Assembly: GCA_002811645.1 (NCBI GenBank)
Contig: PDIP01000059.1
Location: 2,222-66,221, forward strand
DNA: 64,000 nucleotides
DNA from: Corallochytrium limacisporum Hawaii
Taxonomy: Eukaryota > Protista > Pluriformea
Reading direction: 5' to 3'
How positions within the stretch are numbered: position 1 is the stretch's first letter; every line of letters begins with the position of its first letter. The position numbers were made by a program, and so were the translations under genes. Shown here one piece after another: positions 32,501 to 43,855 of this stretch. The notes under the pieces are model-generated. The model worked only from the letters and a program-made list of their open reading frames with translations, searched no databases and was not told where the DNA came from.

Positions 32501-35500
32501 CATTTTGCAGGAGAGAGAAAATGAGGTGGGGCCAAGATGGAGAGGGGGGGGCGGGGAAGAGACGGGCAGAAGGAAACGTTGGAGGGAAGCATGTAATTCT
32601 CCAGCTCCACGGCCTGTCCACGACAGGGTGATGTTGATGTCCCACAAAGCCTGGATACCTCTAGTCGCTTTGGCTCACGAATCGTCTACTGCCGCCCGGA
32701 AAGGACCTCAAAATGAGTTCATTCATTATCTAATATTAATCCCTTGAACCACCTATCTTTCGCTGGGACCTGACCCTCCCTTTTTTTGCCAACCCCGACT
32801 GCAACGTCAATCAAGCACGCGGACTTTGAATTAGCGAACGGCAGTTCTATAGTAAGAGTGTGTGTATTATGCTCTCCCCTTCTTATCACAGATAGAAACA
32901 AACACAGAATGTGTAACAGCCGAACACACAGGGTGTTATCAAGAGTCATCGTATTTGTACGGGCTGGTCCAATACTGAACCAGCACTACGGGGAGGCAGA
33001 AGAGGGGGGAGGAGTTCCATTAGAATCAGGATGAGGTCACAGAGCAGCCCGATCATCTCTCCTTTTGGTCAATACGGCTCGGTCATGTGAGAAAGACCCA
33101 GAGAAAGCGATTTTTCTAGTGTCTGCAACCTCTACCGCGAGGGCTTTGCCACGACTGGTCAGTTTTTGTAAAATTAGTACAGAAACTATAGTAAGTTGCA
33201 AAGGACAAGCCGTGATCGAATGACAAACTTGCTGGGTTCATTGATTATCAAATGGTTGCGTCAGCGTCGGGTAAGTCAGAAAACCCTTTCCCTTTTTCAC
33301 GGGAGAGGTCGGTCAGTGACATGGGTCTGAATTAGCGGTGACGGGCCGGACAATACAATGGGTAATCTTCAGGCTACCATTGTTTGATACGGTGATCATC
33401 TATAATCTCCGCCACCACTACTCAACAGACTTCTCCTCTTCTTCTTTGTTTACCTAACCGTATTGTTCCCGAGGACAAAGTTTGGACTGGAAGGGACCTG
33501 TCGAAAAAGCCAAAAACACAACTCATACCTACCATAGTCTTAGTTTGTTTCATGTATTTTACTGATTGAGAGGATGTGTGACTGAGACGACCGCCCACTG
33601 AACCAGGGATGCGGGACCCTTATCGTGCCCGTATTTCCTCTTGCCGTGGCCCGGGCCGCTGTAATCGGGGAAAACTGGTCACACAGAACATGGCCGAAGA
33701 ACTGTTCCTTCGTTCCCCCTTTGGGTACACATCCCCACCCCCACAAATTCCACTGTCCAGTCGTCCAGGCTCTACGTGTCCCCCCCCCCCAGGTTTGAAG
33801 TAAACAATGGGCACTGCAAGGACGGTGGTTAGCTTCCTTTCTTTTAATCTTTCCTCTTTTTCTTCTCAGTTTTGTCCCCCCCTCTGGCGCCCCTGACTTT
33901 GAATTGGGTCTACTTCCCACACACTGAGTTCCATACGGTGTTGCTGATCTGTGCTGAGGGCGAGCTCACAGTCTTTGGCCGTCTCTTCGTTCCTGGAACC
34001 ATTTTGCGAACCTGCGCCCATACGCACTTCTTGCCATTTACGGTCCTGCTCGACCCCGAAACAGTGGTGCCGCCTCCGAGCGGAGCGGCACGGCAAGCCA
34101 AAGCAACATGCCTGAGCAGGGCAGTAAGGTGCATGCTCGGGCATGGAAGGTATTGCCGAGGGTGGAAGAAAAGGGGGGCCAACGTACCTGGACAGATCGT
34201 TTCCAAAATTCTCACTTACAACCTCCCCCCATCCGTCTCCCTGATTGGGCTGCCTGGCACAGTGGTACCCAAAAAAACCTTAGGCCATTCACCATTGCAA
34301 ACAGCGAAATCCAATAAGGCGAAGTCAGCAAGCCGAAGAAAAATTCTTCGCTAGGCGACGAAGGAACTGGACCAAACCATTTTGGCCACCGAGCACCCAA
34401 GACAGGAAACCAAACGGGACACATCCAACAAAGAGGAGAGAAGAAGAATTTTGAAAGCACCAAAAAAAAACCACCAAAAAACCCCCTGTTATCTCTGTGG
34501 TTTGAGCACGGACATTGCCCCGCATTGCCGTTTGGTTTCGCTGCACCGTGCTGTGTACACTGCGAAAGGATAAAAGGGAAAACAGCACTCCTTCTCTCGT
34601 CGGTGGTGTGTGAATGCCGCAAGTCGCCAATACGGGCGAGATAGTACGCATAACATATCAACAACAACAAGCCTAACCCCCTTTGTTTAAGATGCCGCAA
34701 ATTGAATATTCTATACGAAGATGGCTACGAAGAATCGGATAGTATTCCATACCTACGTAAAGAGGGGAAGGGGGAGGGAGAGGGGTGCCGAAGTGACGAA
34801 GGTTAACTAGTCCCGATTGCACAAATAGCTGAACCTTCAAAATGTCTCTACGGCCCTCATCGACCCAAAAGGAATGCGTTGATTTAGTGAATAAAGACCA
34901 TCATGGACATGAAAGGTCCTCTACGGATGAGTGTTCTAATTGCGCTCAGTCTCCAGACACGCTATGGACACGTGGACATATTTACAAGCAAGTTGATGAG
35001 AATACACATGCCTTATTGCCATACTAAATAGATAGGCAAGTATTTAAGCTGGGCTTTCAATAGTGTGCATCTGCTCTTTAAGGCTGCTCTTGGTTAAGGT
35101 AAAGGGTACATACCTGTCTATTTCGCATGAGCTCATTCAATTTTTTGTTCTTTTCGGCAGATCCGAGATATTTTGCTAGAACATTTCAAATAAGAAAATC
35201 ATTAGGTTCTTTTTCTTTCGATATCGTTTCACATCTGCTGGCAGTTTCTTCACGGTCCGCATTTGTGTGTGTCTGTGTTCTGTGTCTGTCTGTCTGACTG
35301 TGGCTGTGTTGTGTGTCTCGCTCGGATCTCCCTGCCCACTGAAGCTGACAGTTCCAGTTCTGGTATTCCTCACTGTCTCAAAGAGGTCCAAACTTGGCTG
35401 TGGTGGAAACACTAGGAATCCAGACCGGAGGAGAAGCATCTTGCGGCTGTGGCCACACAGAGTACGTGGGGAACGTGGTATAGGCCCATCTGTTTGGATG

Positions 35501-37002
35501 ACAGGTCAAGATGACGCGGGACCCTGTTGCACCTACCCATAGATGGTGGACTGGATGTTCGAACTTATCCCTTCGGAATCCGCTGCCCGGTGCTGAGGTA
35601 TGATGATGGCGGTGTCTGACGTAGATGGGCCCTCCCGACTAGTTCCGAGCAAGGAGCTTGGAAAAGACCCTGCACTTTAAGAACGCCGGGTGTGCGCTTC
35701 AAATGCCCGGGAAAGACCAGCGTCAGTGAGCGAGCACACGCACACGTAGCTGATTAGAACGTATGGAATCGAAAGGAATGGAGTTGGAAGACCAATATCT
35801 ATGACTGAGAAGGTCGTAGCGTACTCAGTACGTGGGGCTCCGTTGCCGGAAATCTCAAACCATGTGGACCAATGCACGATCAGGCACTCACTCTCATCAT
35901 AGAAGACCCCCATGCGTCTGTCTCTGAGCCTCTAACGATGTCAAGTACATGCGAGATGGAGCAACTGATACAACATTCACTACCGCAGCACGTTACCGTA
36001 CCAAACTGATTCCCCGGCTAAGTGGTCGAAAAACCTGTGTTGTCCACTCCCCCGTCTCACTGGAACAGCGCTGACCGCGTTCCGGGCCCATATTTGGTGG
36101 GCCTTTGGTATTTTTGCCATTGTGCACCGGGAGCTTCGACTGCTGCTTTGGTGCCCCCCCCCCTTTTTTTTATTGTATTTCTCCTTTTCTTTCTTTCTTA
36201 CGTTTCTTCCTGCTATCTCTGTTCCCTCCCAAGGCTTCGTCGTTTGCGCTTTTTTGAGGACTCGCTTGCCCCGTTGCGCCGCTGAACCCCGGTCCTCCTC
36301 CCCGCTCTGACCCAGTCGAAATTTTTCACTTTTCCGGCTTTTGTTTAGACACCATTCCCGCCAGCATTTTTGGCCCACCCATTCCGGCAATTGGCCTCCG
36401 GCATCACCAAAACGGAACAACGTAGAGGAGGTGGTACCGAAAAAGGGACAGATATGAAGACAAACAGCATGGCGGATTTCCCACTTGGATTACTTCTCCC
36501 GTATCGTACGGCACGTCATGTCCAAAAAGCCCTATCAAAAAGACGAGTGTGTATTATCAGTGGTTAATACCTGCTGGCCACAGGCGTAGGGAAGACGCCC
36601 GACACACAGCTGCACTGTGGGCGGAGGGGAAAGGCCCCTGTGGAGTGAGCAACAATAGGGCATCGGCAGCAACCTTGGGATCTCTCGCCGTTGGAAACAA
36701 GTGGAGCAAGGATTAGCAATATCTTCTTCCTACGTCGGCTACGGAATTTGTCTATCTTTGCGTAATACACCGAAGACCCAGCAATGTATCCCATCAAGGC
36801 ATCCCTTTAACATGTTACTGAAAATGCATCCATGAAACAAGCGGACGCACACCAATGAAACGGGTGTGACCGACAAGGAATCCCGTTTAGGTACAAAGCC
36901 ACAAAGGGCAAATGGTACTTAAACACATCTGTCTATCAACGGTGAGAACAACAAAGTAACCTAAACTACTATGTGATATGTAAGTTTTGCAATAGCAGCA
37001 AT

Positions 37003-39159
37003 ATGAATCTATCCGCCTTCCTTGTCGTCTCGTTGGCTACTGTGGTCACTTTGGCCGCTGCACAATTCAAGAGCTACACCCGCCCCGTGTTTGGCTTTGT
37101 ACCGGGTTGGTATGGTACCTCTGGTTTGGATGCTGTTGATTTTGAACAGCTGACACATGCCGCTTTTGCCTTTGCTTTGCCCCAGAGTGATGGAAGTCTG
37201 AATCACCCATACGATCACCTTGTGGGTGACTTTGTAAATCGTTGCCATTCTTTTGGTGTACGGGCAATTCTTTCTATCGGTGGTGCCCTAGGAGCTGGAG
37301 CATTTCACTCTGTTGGATCTAGTACCGCAGCTCGTGCCACTTTTAGCAATGCTGTTGCTTCCTACGTTACTCAACACAACTTTGATGGCGTCGACATTGA
37401 CTGGGAAGAGTGGAGCACCGGGGGCAATGCTGCTTCCGTCGCTGATGAGACCGCTGCGTATCTGGCACTAATGGAGGATGTCAAGGCAGCTTTACCTGAG
37501 GAAATTATTCTCACTACGGATGTCTTTGGATCCAACTGGTTTGGTCAGAACTACCCGACCGAGATGTTCAGCATTGTTGACTTTGTAAACATCATGGCCT
37601 ATGACTTCACTGGCAACTGGGGTGGCAGTCCCATTGCCCATCACTCGACTTTCCAGGACGCCCAAATTGCTCTTTCCTACTGGCAGGGCACCCGTGGTGT
37701 GCCAGCGAGCAAAATCAATCTTGGGGTACCGTTTTACGGCAAAAGTTTCCCCGGTGGTACTCATGTTCCCTTCTCTCAGGTCTATTGCCCGAATCGGCCT
37801 GCTCTTGACAGCCTCGATGTTGACAACCCCGAGTACGGAACCAATCAATTCACAGAAACGCCCCAACTTATCACCAAGAAACTGACCGATCCTGCCAATG
37901 TAGCACGCTTCAATGGAGTGATGATATGGGAAGTAACATTGGACGTGCATCCGAATAGCAATGAAAGCCTGTTGGGTGCTGTGAATGCGGGAACAAACAA
38001 GTACCCCTCCTCTTACCCCGTTGCTGACGCCTGCGCTGCAAAACAATTGCCGGCCACCCCCGTTTCGCCGCCAACCAGCTCATCTTCCAGCACTACTACT
38101 ACCACCAATCCATCTGAGTCCACTTCCAGCACAACCACAACGCCAACAACGAGCAGTACTAGCACAAACCCCTCCACGAGCACTACCAGCACAACAAGCA
38201 CACCGACAAGCACCCCCACTTCCACAGCGACGACAACTGGCAGTGCAGAGCCCCAGGTCAAGAGTTTCTCAGATGATCCGTACGTTGAAGGTACCGCCAC
38301 AGTTGGATGGGCTAGCTCTACTGGATACGGAATTCGACTAGCACTGGATGCCAAGCAAACGATTCCACAAGGCTGGAACCTCGAGATCAAACTCCCTGCT
38401 GGCCATACTATCAATGCTGACGATATGTACAATGCAGCCGTTGTGCAGCATCGTTCAGGTGAGAACGTGTGGGTACTTGGGACCCCGGGTGGCTGGTACC
38501 TCTCCTTCACTCAGGGACAGACATTTACCATGGGCTGGAACGGATCCAAAGACGCCAACAGTGACGTATCCAATGTGTTGGACTTGTCCATGGTTGTCCC
38601 TAGCGAAGAATCCACCGTGACGACGCAGACTACGACTGACCCGACCACGACGACCCCTTCAACCAGTGATCCTCCGACGACCTCGTCAACCACAAATCCT
38701 CCTACAACCACTTCTACAAGTAATCCTCCAACCACGACACTCACTTCCACATCTTCCTCACCAACCGTCGGCCCCACGACTTCTGGTGACACATCGACAC
38801 CGGATGCAGATACCCTGGTAGTGGAAGACCATTCTGTGAAGTTGACGGCCAAGATTACTTGGGGCAATAGTGCAACCTATGGGATGACCCTGGAGGTCCA
38901 AGCGAAGCTAGACGTACCGGAAGGATGGGCCATCGGCCTCAAGTTCCCCAATGGTCAAGACATTGGCACACACTGGAACTTTGCCATAAAGGAGCAACTC
39001 CCTGACGGCACCTACATTTTGGTTACTCCCGGAACCTGGAACACAAGTCTGGCCGCAGGCGGCACTTTTCGCTTCGGATGGAACGGAAAATCTGCCAACT
39101 CTGGTGGTCCGGAGCTACCTGAATTTCTCGTATACTCACCGAATGGTAGTTTTAGTTAA
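37003..39159 (+). CDS. Secreted GH18 chitinase with two CBM2-like modules and Thr/Ser-rich linkers
   Basis: Signal peptide; SIGG; catalytic FDGVDIDWE; IMAYD; LGVPFYG; GVMIWE. Two Trp-rich modules (W...GY, GW.L, F.GWNG) are separated by T/S/P linkers. Confidence 0.93.
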   Translation: MNLSAFLVVSLATVVTLAAAQFKSYTRPVFGFVPGWYGTSGLDAVDFEQLTHAAFAFALPQSDGSLNHPYDHLVGDFVNRCHSFGVRAILSIGGALGAGAFHSVGSSTAARATFSNAVASYVTQHNFDGVDIDWEEWSTGGNAASVADETAAYLALMEDVKAALPEEIILTTDVFGSNWFGQNYPTEMFSIVDFVNIMAYDFTGNWGGSPIAHHSTFQDAQIALSYWQGTRGVPASKINLGVPFYGKSFPGGTHVPFSQVYCPNRPALDSLDVDNPEYGTNQFTETPQLITKKLTDPANVARFNGVMIWEVTLDVHPNSNESLLGAVNAGTNKYPSSYPVADACAAKQLPATPVSPPTSSSSSTTTTTNPSESTSSTTTTPTTSSTSTNPSTSTTSTTSTPTSTPTSTATTTGSAEPQVKSFSDDPYVEGTATVGWASSTGYGIRLALDAKQTIPQGWNLEIKLPAGHTINADDMYNAAVVQHRSGENVWVLGTPGGWYLSFTQGQTFTMGWNGSKDANSDVSNVLDLSMVVPSEESTVTTQTTTDPTTTTPSTSDPPTTSSTTNPPTTTSTSNPPTTTLTSTSSSPTVGPTTSGDTSTPDADTLVVEDHSVKLTAKITWGNSATYGMTLEVQAKLDVPEGWAIGLKFPNGQDIGTHWNFAIKEQLPDGTYILVTPGTWNTSLAAGGTFRFGWNGKSANSGGPELPEFLVYSPNGSFS

Positions 39160-40153
39160 CCAGCTGGGGACCTCGTTGTGTGAGAAAGCCTTTTCCCCGG
39201 CCAAGGAAACTGGTCTCAAGGCGACACTATATCCAATCGCTATGTCCCTTCACATCTGTCATGCAATTTTCGAATACAGGCGATAGTGCCGCCACGTCAA
39301 TTAACCATCAGGCCCGCTCCAAGAGGCCCCCCGGGTCATACAACGGTCCTCCCCACCGCCACGCAAACCTTCCTGCTCCATGCAAATCAACACAAGGACG
39401 CATGCTTGGCAACGTGGTAGGGAAATCTCAGCGGCCCGCGTCGGATCTTGCGGTGGTGGTCAGATATCGGCTCGGCCGCCGTCCGGGCCCCCCTTTCTCC
39501 TCTGGGGGTGCCGTCCCTTTCTCTCCCTTTCATAGAAGGAGAGAGTTTCTGCAGTGAGACACGGATGACCTACGATTGGTTGTGCTTTGCAAAATTGGTA
39601 GTCCGTAAGTCGAGTTGTTCATCAACCTACCTAGGCTCAAGTTGAATTGGTCCACGGTGGGTAAGACCATATATTGAGTATGGAGTACAGACACACCGAG
39701 CCTATTGCAGACCGTTCCGGGCCAAGTATTGAGGAAACGGAATTGTGCGTAAACAAAGGGTGGTGGGACCCCGCAATTGACAAAAGGGAACTGAGTTCGT
39801 GGAACTGCATGTGTGATCTGTGTGATACGGTTGTACGCATTCCACGCAATGCAAACGTGTACGTCCGGCCCGCATTATTTCCATCAACAGACGGAAGGGG
39901 TCCGAGCACAATGACGCTCTCACTCAAACTGTATCTCTGACCCGGGCCTGGACATACCACCCGCCACGGGTGAACAGGGGAGAGGGGTAAAGTATCGTCT
40001 AATTGGGTCACCATCGGTGCGTTTGCATTACCTGCTTTGAATTGAAGACGTGAAGTGCAGTGCTGCCCAGTCTTCTTTAACTTGCTATTTATGAGGACCT
40101 ATCATTACAAACCACAGATGCAATCCTGGATCATGTTGTGGAAAAACGGCACA

Positions 40154-40882
40154 ATGACATATGAAATAGACTCGGACGGATTCTACCTCCTCTCTGCCGA
40201 GGACAAGGCCCAGGACAAGGTCGCCTCCTTCCAATCTCTTGTGAAGCAATCAGAGTACACTGTTGCAGTGTCCTATCGTGGTGATTGGTGACCTTATTGC
40301 AAGCCCTACCTTCTGGATTTTCAGCGGATTGAGAAGGAATTTGCTGCCTTGGGCGCCCACCTTGTGTTCTTCTCCAGTCAACCCAAGTCACTGGTACAGT
40401 TTGTGCAGAAGGACTGGAAAATTGACGTACCGATAATTTCTGATCCCACCAACCAGCTAGCAAACTATCTGCGCGAGGAATATGGCTGGAAAGGTGTCCA
40501 GAGCGGGGGCCGTAACGATACGAATACTTTCTTCAGAAAGGTGCACAGGAAAATCAAAATGTACGGTGAGGGTATGACTCAGCCAGGTGTGCTTATTGTT
40601 CGTCCAAAGGATGGCAAAGTATTGTACAACTGGGGCATTATTCCAGAAGCCATGAACTTAGGAGGTGCCAAAGATCGACCCAAGCCTGAAGACATTCTGC
40701 AGATATTTAAATACCGTCTGGCGAACAACCAGACGGACGCGGATCCTCTGCCGAAGCATCTCGAACCCAAGGTGACTACCAGCCTTGACATGGATCCTCA
40801 ATTGCTACGGATTGAGTATCGGATCTTCCTGGCTGTCATCGTTATTCTCTTGATCTATATAGTCCACTCTATCTTCAGCTAG
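40154..40882 (+). CDS. AhpC/TSA (peroxiredoxin-like, thioredoxin-fold) selenoprotein; TGA 40289-40291 = Sec in a UxxC motif; C-terminal TM anchor
   Basis: ORFs 40055-40291 and 40349-40882 are in the same frame and separated only by TGA. Readthrough gives YRGDW-U-PYCKPYL...IISDP...QPGVLIV...DRP. A SECIS lies in the 3' UTR. The start may be ATG 40091, 40118, 40133 or 40154. Confidence 0.9.
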
Positions 40883-40924
40883 AGTGCCTTTCGTTTGGCA
40901 CGACCGTTGCACATACCAAATACT

Positions 40925-40990
40925 CTTCGAACATGACGCATGTCCTCCTAAAGCTACAATGCATGGAAGATGAGCTGAAAAACAGTTATG
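40925..40990 (+). promoter_or_regulatory. Eukaryotic SECIS element (form II-like)
   Basis: ATGA at 40933-36; 11-bp helix II GCATGTCCTCC (40938-48) / GGAAGATGAGC (40965-75) with 9 of 11 positions paired; unpaired AAA at 40950-52; small apical GC..GC stem; 3' TGA at 40976-78 completing the GA/GA core. Confidence 0.85.
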
Positions 40991-42589
40991 GGGTTGATGA
41001 TGGTCGTTGTACACCATCTTCAAATGCCAGAACGGACCATACCCTTCTCGACATCTATCCGCTTGCACATGTAAAATCCGATCTAAGAGTGGGTGCCGTT
41101 TGGCCATCGGTAACCAGTGCGGGAAGCACTAGGGCCCCCATGACGGAGAAGTATTCAATAACTGATACAGAGACTTATATGAGATACTCAGAAGATTCTT
41201 CGAGCGATTTATTTGCACATGACCGAGGAACCTGCACCAAAGGACGCCTGACTGTCTGCTAGTCACCTGATGGGATGGCCCCCCGCAACCCGACCCGCTT
41301 GCGGGTCCCGTTGTAACCGGGTTCTGCAATATTCCACCATCTCTCGAATCTCAGAATACATATCCATACAAGCAATCATGTCAAAAATAGACTCCTGTTT
41401 GCCTCGAACGAAAAAGCAAGTGCGCTTACTCCGGCAAGAGCGGGGTTCATCCCTGCCTCTTTCGTTTTCGCCCCAAAATAGGGAAAAAATAGTTTGTTAA
41501 GCCACTTTAGGGGAGAGGCCAGAAGGGGTTCAGTTTGAAATTGTCCACTCGCGCACCGGGGGGTAGTATGTAGGTAAGGTGAGTTTTTTTCTCCGTGGAG
41601 CATCCGCACGGGTCCCACACGCGATTTATGAAGTGCGCGGGGCAGCCAGTACACGGGCACCGAGCACCTCATTTCTAAATCGCTGCTCTACGCAATGGCA
41701 CAGTGGGAAAGGTGCTCTGGAAGCGAAGATGTCCACAACAATTTGCCAATGACTGCCGGGGATGCATCACTTCCAGTACATGATTGGGTCTGATTGTTGG
41801 TATGTCTGCCGGATGTTCCCTCAACCCCCAGTTGGTCACCCTGGTTCGCGTCCCCGAAGTAATCAACATACACTTACACACACACGCACGCTTTCACTCT
41901 GCTACATCTCTCCGTTCGCCAGTGTTAGCCCCCCTTCCCTCCCTTCCCTCGGCACAATTTTTGGGGCGACAAGCTGGAGAGTTACCAAACTTACTTGCTT
42001 CATACTGAAGGTATCGAAAACTTCACGGAGAGTTTCAAGAACTCAGTCCCAACAGCAGTTTTGGGGGGGCGGGGGGACTCTCTCTGGTGGGATAGTCTGC
42101 CCGGCACAGGGCATATATCGGCAGTTGCAAATGGTGTGGAAATGGTGCTGTAATAACGAGTCTGCCTGTGCGCTTTGCTTTGCCATGCCATGTTGGTAGA
42201 TGCTCAATATAATGAGCTACACAACTGACCAACTGCCGAGAAAATTCTTATACTGTTGGGCCGACAAACGACAGTGTGGGACATGTGCTTTAGGCCGGGC
42301 CAAACTGGCCCATTTCGTCGGTTCCATCGTCAGAGGATACACTTGATGACGCCACTGGCAAAGAAAGAGCTCATGAATAGAAATCTGAGGGGATTTCCGC
42401 TCTACCCTGGAATTCTATCAGCGCGTTTCGACAGATTTGAGCACTAATGGTTGTACTTGGCAAACCGTAACACGTAGGAAAGCTAGTAAAGAGTCAAGGC
42501 AGCTGAAGGGATTATCCAACACTAAAGATCCAAGCTTCGTCAGGTTCATAATAGTATCGGGAGGGAGTTTTTTCCATTCATTATCAACC

Positions 42590-43855
42590 ATGGCCCCAAA
42601 TATTCAGGCCACACAATCGGCAGATAGTCCTGCGGGGCCTGCAGTTCTGCCTGAGGGTGTCGTCTCCGAAACCGAACTCTGTATTGACGGTGTTGCATAC
42701 GACGTGAAGGACTTTGTCAAGCGCCACCCGGGCGGTTCCGTTATCAAGTTTTACCAGGGTATGGATGCCACTCAGCCCTTCAAGGAGTTCCATCTCCGTT
42801 CTCCTAAGGCTATGAAAATGCTGGCCGCTTTGCCTCACCGTGAGCTGGACCCCAAGGCTGTCCGTGCCAAGGACGCCAAGGCGCAGGCACTCCTCGACGA
42901 CTACAACGCTCTGCGTGCGCAGCTCGAAGCGGAAGGTTTCTATGACCCTTCCATCCCCCACGTCGTCTACCGCATTACTGAGCTGGTGCTCATGCACATT
43001 GCCGGCATTTGGATGGTCTACAACGGTTGGATGGTTACTGGTCTGGCGGTGCTGGGTATCGTGCAGGGCCGATGCGGTTGGTTCATGCACGAGGGTGGTC
43101 ACCACTCCCTGACTGGACACATCCCCACCGACATCTTCATTCAGGAGTTCTTCTACGGAGTTGGCTGTGGTATGAGTGCTGCCTTCTGGCGCAACCAACA
43201 CAATAAGCACCACGCTGCACCCCAGAAATTGAAGCATGACGTCGACTTGGATACCCTACCCCTTATTGCATTCAACAAGGCCATTGGCAAGTACGGGTCC
43301 AGATGGTGGCTGCGCATGCAAGCCCACCTGTTTGCTCCTGTGATCACCACTCTAGTGGCTCTTGGCTGGCAGTTCTATCTCCACCCCCGTCACTCTTTGC
43401 GGATTAAGAACTTTAAGGAACTTGGCTGGATGGTTGTGCGGTACATGGCCTGGTATGCTCTGTTTGTACCCAAGTATGGCGGGTGGAACGCGGCTGGCAT
43501 GTACCTGCTTTACGTCATGTTTGGCGCAGCCTATATCTTTGTCAATTTTGCCGTCAGCCACACACATCTGCCTGTAGTCGAAAAGAATGACAAATCTGTA
43601 AACTGGATTCACTTTGCCGCCATACACACCATGAATGCCGAGGATTCCTGGTGGTGCAATTGGTGGATGTCTTATCTTAACTTCCAAATTGAGCACCATC
43701 TGTTCCCGTGCATGCCTCAATTCCGCCACCCGGAGAGCAGCAAGCGCGTTAAGGCATTGTTCGAGAAGCATGGTCTTCCATATCTGCGCACATCATACTG
43801 GGAGGCCGTCAAGATGACATGGGCCAACCTATACGAGGTAGGCAATGACCACTGA
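42590..43855 (+). CDS. Front-end fatty acid desaturase (cytochrome b5 fusion; delta-5-like)
   Basis: HPGG heme motif and histidine boxes HEGGH, HNKHH and QIEHH. ATG 42590 is in a good context (caaccATGG). Confidence 0.95.
   Translation: MAPNIQATQSADSPAGPAVLPEGVVSETELCIDGVAYDVKDFVKRHPGGSVIKFYQGMDATQPFKEFHLRSPKAMKMLAALPHRELDPKAVRAKDAKAQALLDDYNALRAQLEAEGFYDPSIPHVVYRITELVLMHIAGIWMVYNGWMVTGLAVLGIVQGRCGWFMHEGGHHSLTGHIPTDIFIQEFFYGVGCGMSAAFWRNQHNKHHAAPQKLKHDVDLDTLPLIAFNKAIGKYGSRWWLRMQAHLFAPVITTLVALGWQFYLHPRHSLRIKNFKELGWMVVRYMAWYALFVPKYGGWNAAGMYLLYVMFGAAYIFVNFAVSHTHLPVVEKNDKSVNWIHFAAIHTMNAEDSWWCNWWMSYLNFQIEHHLFPCMPQFRHPESSKRVKALFEKHGLPYLRTSYWEAVKMTWANLYEVGNDH

Noticed and set aside
33320-33440. RNase P-like CR-I/CR-V fragments on the minus strand
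   Set aside because: The matches are imperfect and only about 100 nt apart, too short for RNase P/MRP RNA.
35543-35680. Short frame with TGC-TGA (CU-like) reading ...ARC*GMMM...
   Set aside because: No fold signature and no SECIS nearby.
41138-41190. Second ATGAC...AA...TGA pattern as a possible extra SECIS
   Set aside because: Helix II cannot be paired convincingly.
40933-41262. 109-aa ORF downstream of the selenoprotein
   Set aside because: No recognisable domain; its ATG is the SECIS AUGA core.
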